64,000 nucleotides of DNA from Podarcis cretensis (lineage: Eukaryota), in NCBI GenBank assembly GCA_951804945.1, contig OX638150.1:84630001-84694000 (forward strand), in the 5' to 3' direction. The notes beneath the pieces were generated by a model. That model was not told where the DNA came from and ran no database searches. It was given only the letters and a program-made list of their open reading frames with translations. Positions within the stretch are counted from its first letter, which is position 1. Each line of letters opens with the position of its first letter. Both the position numbers and the translations under genes were made by a program. Positions 26,601-38,600 of this stretch are shown piece by piece.

Positions 26601-29600
26601 TGCCCTATATGATCAGCACACATACTTAAACAGTAACTTTTAAAATCTGCATTTTCCAAGATAGCATTTTGATGTACAGCCTTTAAACAAACAAAATGCT
26701 TTGCACTAGGTCTGACTTTTGGTTCATCTAGCTTAGTTTTGCCTTACACTGGCTGGCAGTGGTTTCATGTAAAGGGCCTTCTCAGTCCTACCTGGAGATG
26801 CCAGGGATTGAACCTGAGCCCTTCTGCATGCAAAGCAGATGCTCTACCACTGAGCTGCACCCCTTCACCATGCACAGTGAACTCCCCTTGGTGATTGCAG
26901 TTTGATGCAAGAATAAGTTGAGCCCAAAAGTCTGCTGCAGAACTAGTTCAAAGTGGAGCCTGTGGCCAGATGCCAACCATGGGCCCCCAGTAGGCATCTT
27001 TCAAGCACAAAGAATGTGGAAGTGTTGGTAAGCATGCCAGTCTCTTAGGAAAGCATCCATTACAGCCTGAAGCAAAGCTCTAATACTAGAGCCTAGGGTT
27101 GACTGCAGGGAAAGACCATGTTTGCACCAAAGGAGTGACTGCATTGTTGCCTTGGTCCACAGCGGTCCGTTTCTGGTAGGGTGCATGTTGTGACATCTTC
27201 TGGTTGTTTAAAGGCATTAAGGGGGCACAGTGGGCTTCAAGGGAAAGAGCAGCTGTATCTGCTGCAATAACCATCTACTTCTTTTCACACTCCCCACCTT
27301 ACAACCAGCAACCTGTCGTTTGAAAGCTGACACAAGGATCATGCTTTCTGCATGAATAAAGCTTTGTGTTGCTCATGCAGATGGCAAGTCATGCAGGGCT
27401 CCTTTAAAGTTAAGCCAAACTACTTTAGTGTTCACAAACTTACAGACCTCTCCTTATCAAAGTATGCTGCGGTGCCCTGATAAAAATTCTCATCTGTAAA
27501 ACATTGCTGTCTTGTGTGAAAAAATGCTTTTGATGTGTTACAAGTGCCAGATAAAGGAGAAATGGATCTGGAGGTGCAAATGAATCTCTTCCCCACTAAT
27601 CCACCTCCACATGCACCCAGGGGAACCTTACGCTACAGCTGGGGTGGTTTGCAAAGGTTTCATGACAAAAGCCTGGTTTAGGCTTGCTTGTCTGCAAAAG
27701 TTTGGATTAACTTGCTGTGTGTTTCATAATGCAGGTGTCCAAAAGGAAACTGCACAGAACTTTCTTGGCAGAAGATATGAGAATCTGCTCTGATGCTCAC
27801 CATACCATTTATCTCCTAGGTCCTGGCATTGCAGACACAGTGAAGTCAGGAGAGGAAGTTGGCTTTGTGGTTGATGCTAAATCTGCAGGCAAGGGCAAAG
27901 TGACATGCACTGTCCTGACACCAGAGGGTACAGAAGTCGAAGCAGAGGTCATTGAAAACGAGGATGGAACATACGACATCTATTACACAGCTGCTAAACC
28001 AGGAACCTATGTAATTCATGTCCGCTTCGGTGGAGTGGACATTCCAAACAGCCCCTTCACCGTCATGGTAAGATACCTGGCTTTTGGTTTTGAAACCCTT
28101 TGCGTGAACTTAAGAGTAGACTGATAAGTAGTGAGCATGTTAGCTTTAATAAGTCACATGAAGTTTGACACAGTCGTTTGCAGCCTGTTAGTCCAATCCT
28201 TATCAAGAGTAATGAGAAGAAGGTTCTGATGAGTTCAGTAGGACAAACGCACAGGTAAGTGGCGCTAGGATTGCAGCCTAAATTAGCATTTGGAGTGAGC
28301 TGAGTGTTTTGCCTATGTGGTTCTTGTGGACAAAGCAGTGTTTTTTCAGCTATGAGAAATACTACCTCACAAAACCCTAGTGTCGGATGCCATTCTTCTG
28401 TTCAGATCTGCTGTTATACCACTTTCCCCCTTCTTCAGGGCTCTTCGCCGTTGTGGTCCCAGCTAGTTGGGAACTGTGAGCAAGAAGTCAGCCCAACGCA
28501 GAGTGCGTGCGCAAGAATGGAGTTCCGTCACAAAGGGCTTTGGGGCACATTCTTGTTTCATGCGGAAGAGAGGGAAGGTGGCTAGCTTGGAAGTGCCATG
28601 CAACCCTTGCATTCTGCTTCTGGTGTAGCGGCTTTCACCACTCCCACACTGCGTACGCCACAGAACCCTATGCATATGTAACCTCTAAGTTGCGATGTTT
28701 TTATAAGCTCTATGAATGAAGAGGGTTTTTAAAACTATACCTTGCCTTTTGCCACTAACTAGGCTACAGATGCAGATGAAGTTGCAGTGTTGTCTCAGGA
28801 GCCACTAAATGCAGCATGTCCCCCTGGATTCCATCCCTGGGTACCTAGTTTTGTTTTTTTACACTGTCTTCCGTGTTCCATGCAAGAGTTGACATCCTGC
28901 CTCTTGGGTCTGTTTAAGCTTGCTTTCTTGTCATATCTTACTGGTGATCAAAAAGCTACTTTGGGGCAACTTGGGTTTGATTCAGAACCTTCCTTCATAT
29001 ATATTTAACAACTCTTAACATCACAATCATTTTAAACGGTGCATCTGTGGTACTTTGTCCTTAGGGAGCTATTTTCTTCTTGACTTCAGATGGTGAACGG
29101 CTTCTTCCTAGAGTATTGTCACTGACCATGTTGCTCTGGCTTTATGTTTTGGTTTCTCTTCTGCTTTAAAAAAACCACAACTTTCTTCCAGACCATAGCC
29201 AGCTTCAGTGTTCCTTTGGACGGAGCTATCCTTGCATCTTTTACTCTTCCATTTTGTATGTTTTTAAAACTCTCTTCTGAATGTTTTTCACGTTAAACAA
29301 TGAATGGGAGCGAAGCTTTGTGTGGTGGTCAACAGTCTGCAGTTGAGTGGTGTCTTCATTCTAGATGCAACTGTCTGGACTGACCAAAAATAGCTAAGCA
29401 AACTGTTTTGTGCTAGAATGACAATAACTTTTTCTCCACAATAGGTCACGGAAGAAGCTTATGTTCCTGATGGTGACATGAATGGTCTTGGGTTTAAGCC
29501 TTTTGATATGGTCATTCCTTTCGCAGTAAGAAAAGGAGAAATAACTGGTAAACAAGCTTTCAGCACACAGTTGATGACTCTCTTTAAAGCAGTTGTGAGG

Positions 29601-32600
29601 ACCCTGTGGCCCGCCAGATGTTGGGCTCTTAACTCCCACAGTCCCTGACTGCTGGTTGGGGCTGGTGTGGGTTAGAGGCAACATCTGGAGAGCCACAGAG
29701 TCTCCAAACCTTAGTTAATGTCAAGGAAAATGCCTTTCCCCCACCTGTCTTTTGGGTGCCCCTTGCATGGCTCAGTAGTTTAGCTTTGTAATACATTGTA
29801 ATAGAGGCATATATTTCACCCTGCAAGATACTCTTTCAAAAAGATGGTGCTATTGTTTGGCCTTAGCAGAGCTGGGAGGAGATAAAAATGAAGCCCTCCT
29901 AGAGTAGCCATGATTCTCCTGTCCTTGTGCCCCTTTGCGCAAGTCTATTTAATCTGCTCTTAAGCATCATCCAGAGCAACAGCTCTTCATTGGGGCCTTC
30001 GATTATTATTTCTTCTTCTTATTTATTGAATTTCTATATTGCCCTTCATCCGAGGATCATGGAGCGGTTCACAATATAAAAACACAAAAATACATACCAT
30101 AACAATTAACATTATTATTTATTGAATCTGTATACCACCCTTCATCCGTAGCTCTCAGGGCTGTTCACAACAAACACAAGAAAAAGCCTTGCACAAAATG
30201 CTAAAACCAAAGTGCCTGAAAATAATATCCCACCCCTACACTGTTAAAAAGGCCATAGATTGTTTAATTTGCCAAAGGTCTGGTTGAAGAGGAACATCTT
30301 TGCCTGGTGCCTAAAGGTGTTCCAATGAAGGTGCCAGGCGAACCAACCTGGGGAGAGCATTCCACAAGTGGGAAGCCACTACAGAAAAGACCTTTCTCAT
30401 GTTGCCACCCTCCAGATCTCTTATGGAGGAGACACACAGAGGAGGGCCTTTGGTCATGATTGCAAGGTCTGGGTAGGTTCATATGGGGAAAGGCTGTCCT
30501 TGAAGTATTGTGGTCCTGAGCTTGAAAACAGTCAACTTTGGCAGGCCATGGCAAACTCTATAGAGAGTTGTAGATGCCACCAGACCTGGATGGCTTTATG
30601 GATTTTGTCTGTCTAAGCCAACCTTCAAGGACACGACTTGTGTTAAAGAATATTAGCGCGTTATACTCTGGTCATTATCAGAAGAATAAATGGATCTCCA
30701 AGCCTTAATGCAGGAGAATTTTTGGAAGTGCTTTCAAAGAAATGCAGGGAAACCTTTGCACCTTTGTATAACCTCCCCCTCCCCTGTTTATATGAGTGAA
30801 AGGGAGGGCCCCAATACCATGCGGATTTGAGTGTGAAAACACCAAAACACATGGCTTTGCTTTTTGAAGTATTGTGCAGTTTGAATTCAGTTTGAGCCTT
30901 GTGTTTTCAGGGGAAGTTCACATGCCCTCAGGGAAGACTGCACCAGCAGATATTGTTGATAACAAGGATGGCACTGTAACCGTCAGCTATGCCCCTGTTG
31001 AGGTTGGATTGCATGAAATGCATATCAAATACATGGGCAGTCATATTCCAGGTGAGTGCCAGCTGATCTCAGATCAGCGCTATGTTATGTTACAAGAACT
31101 CAGCTGTTGTTGATTTGCTGCATTTGCCGTTGTTGAGGGCTTCATTTATTCACACTTTTTCTTCAATTGTGGACACTTCAGTCCTATGAGTTGCCTTGGT
31201 CTAGGGTTGTATTGCATGCCTCGTATGGCGATGGCAGCTGAGTGAAGGCAGGAGGAATTCTTAGTGGGTTTACAGCCTGTGCCAGACTTAAAACAGATTT
31301 GGCTTTTGTGGACAGAGTTTTGTGGCCTTACTTTTGCAGTTAGCTTGAAACTTATAATTAACTTATTTTAGTGAGGAGGTACTACAACTGGAATTGAGAA
31401 AAAGTTTTGAAATGCATGTGTAAAATATTAGGCCTCCTTTGCTTAAACTATAATCTGTGGAAAGGATCAAGCTATAAAGAGCTCAGCCCAATTTCCTAGT
31501 GAAGTACTTACGCTGCCAGTTTTGACTGCCTGTGCCACTTTTGCTGGCTGACTCACATGCATCGTCTTCATTGAGAAGCTGTAAAAATGAAATCTGAATA
31601 CAGTCCATCTGGCTCCCCCCCCCCCCGCCTCCTCTCTTAAGCCAACACAATTAGCTAGCTTAAGGTTTACTACTTGGCAAGAATTCTCAATTAATTCTAT
31701 CTGGGAAAATGGACAAATCCCTGGTAGTTCAGCTTTTGCATACATATTCTCCTGGCTTACTGGTATTGATACAACCAAGAATTCTGCATGGATATTTTTC
31801 CTCTTTGGCATGCTGGTGCTTCAGAGGTCACACTCAGTGCCTTTCCGCACCTTTAGTGCGCTGCTCAAATAATTTTTATTACATCACTTAGAGTTTTGTG
31901 ACTAAGCAGCTTTCTAAATAAATAGAAAGAGGTGGATATCCTGTTCCATACTACCTGTGTGTACAGTTCCCTATCTACTCTTGGAAGTGGCATTGCAGGT
32001 TTCTGCCCATGTCAAAAGGGGCTTTTTGTCCCTTGAACTGGGGCACATCTAGACAAACTGGAGCCGGCTCATAGCTTTTGGGGAGAGGGACGCATTCAGC
32101 TATTTCAGCTTTGAAGCCTGTGGCAGAGCTAGAAATAGAAGCGCTAGTTAAGTCCCAGCCACAAGAACAGTCTCTGTATAAATCTGGACTTTTTTTATTA
32201 TTAAAAAAATAGCATTGGCTTTTTTTATGAGCTCCGCGATGACTGGCTTAGTGACCCTGTGGCAAACTCAAACTTCACTGGCAGCAACCAGTTGATAAAT
32301 TTGTAAGGAATAGGATCCTTAACATGGGCATGACCGAGGACCTGCTATTTGCTTGCTGGTAGAAAGCAACTGCACGGGACGGTTGGAGTCCCTGCTGTGT
32401 GGATGTATAAGCTGGGAGGTGTAAGGCAAATTCCTGTGGGAGACTTTGATGGAGGGTTGGGTGCTGCATGTGTTCATTATTTGCAGTAGTAGGCTTTCTA
32501 GAGTGCTCTAGTACACTTTGGGGCGGTGAATAAATGTGAAACCTAAATGGAAACTGGTGAAACACTGAAATCAGAGGAGGATAAAGTTACTGGAACTGAG

Positions 32601-35600
32601 CAGGATGCTTGAAAACTTTCCTAAATGCTCATGATTGACAGTGGATCTTGCATTTAATTTCTTGCAAGGCTCTCCAGCTTCAGAGGCATCATGCCTCCAT
32701 ATATGAATGGCTGGACAACTGCAGCACAAGAGAGCGATTGCCCCCATGTCCTGCTGCTTGTGGGTTTCCTAGATAAGCATCTGGTTAGCCATTGTGGCAA
32801 ATGGATGCTGGAGTAGATAGATCTTGGTCTTATATAGCAGGGGTCTTAATACATAGCATTCTCTGTCATACGGAAGGGAATATAGGGAGGGACTGAAAAT
32901 AAACTCTGTGTGTGCAAGCTTAAGACGTATTAAATTGCTGAGTAAACACACAAATTTATATTCGTTCTCTTTTGGAGAGATGTACAAAAAGATGTTAAAA
33001 TAATTTAAATATCCTACATCATGTTTATGCATAGTTTTTCAACCTTTGCAGAGAGCCCTCTACAGTTCTATGTGAACTATCCCAACAGTGGAAATGTAAC
33101 TGCTTATGGACCTGGCCTTGTCTATGGTGTAGCAAACAAGCCAGCAACCTTTACCATAGTCACAGAAGATGCTGGTGAGGGTAAGTAGTCTATTCTGTAG
33201 TCTCTGAAGAATTTACTTGACATGAATCCTGTTTGATTTTTGGTGGAATATTTAACTTCCATGTAAGCACACCCCAAAATTTACATTCCAAGGCAGATGC
33301 TATAATCAGACTTCGTAGAGGGTGAATAGAAATAATTCATCATTTTCTTCAGTTCCCCAGTAACTTTAGGGATCCATAAATATACCAGTGCATGATTCAA
33401 CATAGCATCACTAACAGATTGTACTTCTGAAGCATTTTGCAGATTACATGATGTGTTACAACTGCCCCATCTAACATTATGGTCACCCTAATGATGGGTT
33501 AGGCTGAGAGCTACCCAAAGCCATGAAGTGAGCTTTAGGCCTGAGCTTGGATATGTACCTGCAAGTCCAAATACGATTCTGGACATTGAACCCTCCTTTA
33601 GGAGAAAGGTAGATTTTTCTGTATAGAGCCATAGATTTGGGACCCAGCGTCTTACTGCCCTTGTATATAGTCCAACCCCTTGTTTGCAGCAGGAAATTCA
33701 GAGCTGATTACAGTCAGTTTGACACAGACTTAATTCCCTTAATTCAAAGTTGCTTGCTTTCACTCCCAATAAAACATTTTTGAAGATAACTTGAATATGA
33801 CAAATTAAATCTTCAGAGGGCTAGCCATGATGCTCAATCCAAGCAGGGCCCCCCACATCTGGAACTGAAACTTGGTTCTTAATTGAAGTTCACTGATTTT
33901 TATTTCAGACCATGTCTTGAAAAATGTAAGTTTGAGAATTCTTGTGGCTTTTTTCTCCAACATGACAGGTGGCTTGGACCTAGCAATTGAAGGTCCCTCC
34001 AAGGCAGAGATCAGTTGTATTGATAACAAGGATGGCACTTGCACCGTCACTTACTTGCCAACTCTTCCAGGAAACTACAGTATATTAGTCAAATACAATG
34101 ACAAACACATCCCAGGAAGCCCATTCACTGCCAAAATCACAGGTACGAGGAGCACTTGAAACAGCTACGATGGGCCTAAAAGCTTTGTGTTTGCAATCCG
34201 TTGCATTTAGTATAAATTTACATAAAGAAAAGACTTGCCTTTAACACGCATACTCTGTGTAGACTGCAAACGGAGAACTAACAGCTTGTTTTTAACCATG
34301 TGGTGAAGTCATGTTGTGTTTAGCTGGCTTTTGCCCGGTAATTTAGTATGAACTGCAGAAACAAAAGGTTTCCTGCAATAACTTCTGAGCTTTCAAGTGT
34401 TGTCCAGTTACTGTCCACTAGAGTCCTGGTTTCGTGGAGCATAAATTTCCATTTGTAAGCAGCACACATGTCTTCTGATTCTCATCGATGCTTTCTTTGT
34501 AAATTTAAGTGGAAAGACATTTGGATGGTTTGACCAGAATGTTAAGATCCAGTAATGTTAATATCTAGTAGTGTTTTAATCCAAAATCCTAATGGGAAAT
34601 TTTCCTTTTTAAAGATGACAATAGGAAGCAATCTCAAGTTAAACTGGGCTCTGCTGCTGACTTCCTGTTGGACATTAATGAGACTGATCTTAGCCTCTTG
34701 ACAGCCAGTATTAAAGCCCCATCTGGCCGAGATGAACCTTGTCTTCTGAAAAGGCTACCCAATAACCACATTGGTAAGTCTTAATCATCTTCTAGGGAGG
34801 CTGCTGTATTGGTTGTGTGGTTCTGGCAGGGTGGTCTTGGGGAAGCTTGTGAACCTGGGCCACAATTGGAATCAAATAATACTTTTAATTTGTGGCTAGA
34901 GTGGGATTTTGATGCCACAAATATTTAATGCCAGCTATCTTCCAGGGACGCGGGTGGCACTGTGGGTTAAAACACAGAGCCTAGGGCTTGCCAATCAGAA
35001 GGTTGGCGGTTTGAATCCCCGCGACGGGGTGAGCTCCCATTGCTCGGTCCCAGCTCCTGCCAACCTAGCAGCTCGAAAGCACGTCAAAGTGCAAGTAGAT
35101 AAGTAGGTACTGCTCCAGCGGGAAGGTAAACTTCTCTGGTTCGCCAGAAGCAGCTTAGTCATGCTGGCCACATGACCCGGAAGCTGTATGCCGGCTTCCT
35201 CAGCCAATAAAGCAAGATGAACGCTGCAACCCCAGAGTGGGTCACGACTGGACCTAATGGTCAGGGGTCCCTTTACCTTTACCTTTTACCTTTACCTTTA
35301 CCTTTACCTATCTTCTAGTTCTGTATTGTGATTTGACAGTGTGTGTGGAGGGGGGGCCAAAAAGATAAAGTGTGAAGTTACAAATTTGTCTCGCTTCTAA
35401 CCTCTGTCTGGCAGGTATCTCATTCATTCCACGGGAGGTGGGAGAGCACCTGGTCAGTATTATGAAGAATGGGAGCCATGTCCCCAACAGTCCGGTGTCC
35501 ATTATGGTGGTCCAGTCTGAGATTGGTGATGCGAGCAGAGCAAGGGTTTCTGGACGTGGCTTAGTCGAAGGACGCACGTTTGAAATGTGTGACTTCATTG

Positions 35601-38600
35601 TAGACACAAGAGATGCAGGTCAGTACTGGGATTCCTAGGCTGCCAGAAAGTATCTAAGGGATGCCTGTGGGCTGCGGGTTGCCCACCTGTGATGTGGTTG
35701 ATCTGCTGTTGTTGTTCTGAGTCGCAGTTGTTCGATCATCACAGCTACTGAGCAGAGCAAAATTGCCTGACTTGTAAATTGTGGTTGCCATGATGTGGAA
35801 CAAGTTTGGATGCTCTGTCAATCTGCTAATTTATATAGGTTAAAACTCACAGCTCTGTACCACAAGCAGCATATCAAGCAAAATCCCATATGTGACCATG
35901 AGCTGAAACGGCTGGCTCACTTGGAATGGTTAATATACAATGACTGCAGTCCGTAAAGCTGTCCATCAAGATTTAGGCGGTGCTCATTGAAGCTCTTTAC
36001 AACTGCTTGCACTCATCCCAGCTGCTTTCTTTTCTAGGTTATGGTGGGATATCGCTGGCAGTTGAAGGACCTAGCAAAGTAGATATCCAGACAGAAGATC
36101 TAGAGGATGGAACTTGCAGAGTTTCGTACTTTCCAACTGTACCTGGTGTCTACATAGTATCTACTAAGTTTGCTGATGAGCACATCCCAGGTAAGAGAAA
36201 AGGAGCCTACGTAAGCGAGCCATTGCTGGTCCACTTCCCCATCAGCGCTGACCTCTTGTAATAAGTGCAGTCTATAGGACACCATCTAGGCTTCCCACCA
36301 GGGCCTTCATGTTCTGAAAATGCCTGAAGATGCTTGATTGCTAAATTTTGGAAGGCAGGATAATAAACTTCTTGCGCACCTTGAAGATGCTTTTGTTTGA
36401 GGGGTTGTCTCCTGCTGCAGTGTAACACTTATCTCTTTGCTAGTCAAACTAGAATATTGGTTTGGTACAGGTGACTCTCAACATACGTGGGGGTTGCGTT
36501 CTAGGGTGTAGCTTGCAAAGCCAAAATCACGTATAGTCAAAATACAGTGGGGTCATAGGTGGGTGGGATTGCCAAAGCCCTTTTTTCCAGGACACCTGCC
36601 CCACCTTTAATTTATTTAAAATTCGCGAAGCATGTAAAGCTGAATGTGTGTAAATAGCAAGTTAATCTGTGTAGGAAGATGGGGTTTCCTTGATAGTCAT
36701 TGGTGATAAGTCTCATGCTTAATGTGCTTAGTTAACAATGCAGTGGTCCAGCCTTCCTCAGTGGGAAAGAATTCTAAGATGGTAGTGGAAATAACTATTA
36801 GTAGACCATATGTTACTTTATTGCCTGTGAAAGTCTTTGCTTCCTGTACTGATAGATGGAACTCAGTGTTGTTTTGTCTCTACTAACTACAGGGAGCCCA
36901 TTTACTGTGAAAATAAGTGGTGAAGGAAGGGTGAAGGAAAGCATTACACGTACTCGGCGGGCTCCTTCTGTGGCCACGGTTGGAAGCTTGTGTGATCTTA
37001 ACTTAAAAATTCCAGGTAAGTTAGTTCTACTGTTTTGGAAACCATAAACCAATAAGGCATTGAATCTTCTGGGCATTCTTTGCAATCCGATTTAAAAATG
37101 GAATATTTTCCAAATACTTCTAGAGATCAGGGAAGGCATTCTTATTTAGATCGGGGCTTTGCATGGTAGGACTCACACCAATTTCTTCCTTGGCCCCATG
37201 AAGCATCAGTGGCATTTAAATTTTGCTTTCTAGCACATCACCCACTGACTCAGTTCTAATAACAAGTGACCTGGTTCACATGTAATGCTAAGCCAAACCT
37301 GGACTTAAGGTGAATGCATAGGCTATTCAAAATGATATCATTATTTTTGCCTCTTAGACCTTCCTCCTGTTGCCTGTCTACCTGAGTCTAAGCCACAATT
37401 TGACTTAGCACATGGCTGAACCCAGATTTGTTTTATTAACCAAGGTTTTTTCCTGGTTTCACAGTTTATGGTTTGTCTAGAGGAAACAAACCATGAGCTT
37501 GAGTTTGGGCTACAAGTTAAGCCAAACCATGGCTTAACTCACTGTAGCACAGCAGTACTGGATGAAGAACAATATGCCCAAAATTTCTGTTCTGGGAATT
37601 CATGCATTCATGCTATGTGTGAAGTACGGGTGTTAGGATGATCTCAGAAGGTTGTACTTGAGTCACTGTGATGCTTGAGCCATATTTTTGGAAGGGTAGG
37701 AGCGCAGTTGCTGCTATAGAGATCTGTATCATGTGGATCTCACTGGGGGAGACACATAAAATAATTGGCTGGTTAAAGAATAAATGCTATCTTGCTCATA
37801 GAGTGCACTAATATACAGAATATATTCAGCATGCTGCTTCAGTTTAATACATATTCTGACATCTGTTTTTATCTCTTTCTCTGCTGCTCTAATCAATCTT
37901 GGTCTTCCTGTCTTCTGTTCCTTTCTTTCCCTCTATTGCCTTCTCATAGTTACATGGTTCCAAATGGCTATATGTCTGGAGAGATTGTCCCGTGTTTCAC
38001 ACCAGTTCATTCCCACTTTCCTGTGTGTTGAGCAGAAGGAAAACTGCCAGACTCAATTGAGAGAATCTTGGTGTCCTAGTTTCACAAAAAAACCAGCCAA
38101 CATCAGACAACAATGTTTCCAATCGGTCCTTCTATGGGATCTACAGATGTATTACATACCTGGCTCCTTAGGGGTAGTGGGTACGTTGTAGTACTGAGGT
38201 TGTTCTATAACTGCATTACATACTTCAATAAAATCTGCTTTAAGGCGCAATGCATGGCAAGTCAGCAGCAAAAGTATTTGTTACAAAGACCTGTAACAAA
38301 CCCTCAGTCAGTAATGGAGCCTGTGGCCCTCCAGATATTGTTGAATTCCAATTTCTATCAGTTCTTAGAATGGGTGATGTTCACTGCACTAAATCCAACT
38401 CTGTTCCCAAATAAAAATAGCTTCTTCCTTTCCTTTCCTTTCCTTTCCTTTCCTTTCCTTTCCTTTCCTTTCCTTTCCTTTCCTTTCCTTTCAAGAGAAC
38501 GTCAAAGAATCTTAAGCACAACCCCTCCTGGACATATTTGTCTGTAACTTGGTAGATTTGATGTCCTCTGTTGTGGGGGGAGTGTATTATGCCTGCAAAT

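Noticed and set aside
38113-38547. 144-aa ORF and similar ORFs over (TTTCC)n, (TTCC)n, (GT)n and N runs
   Set aside because: Open only because of microsatellites or the assembly gap.
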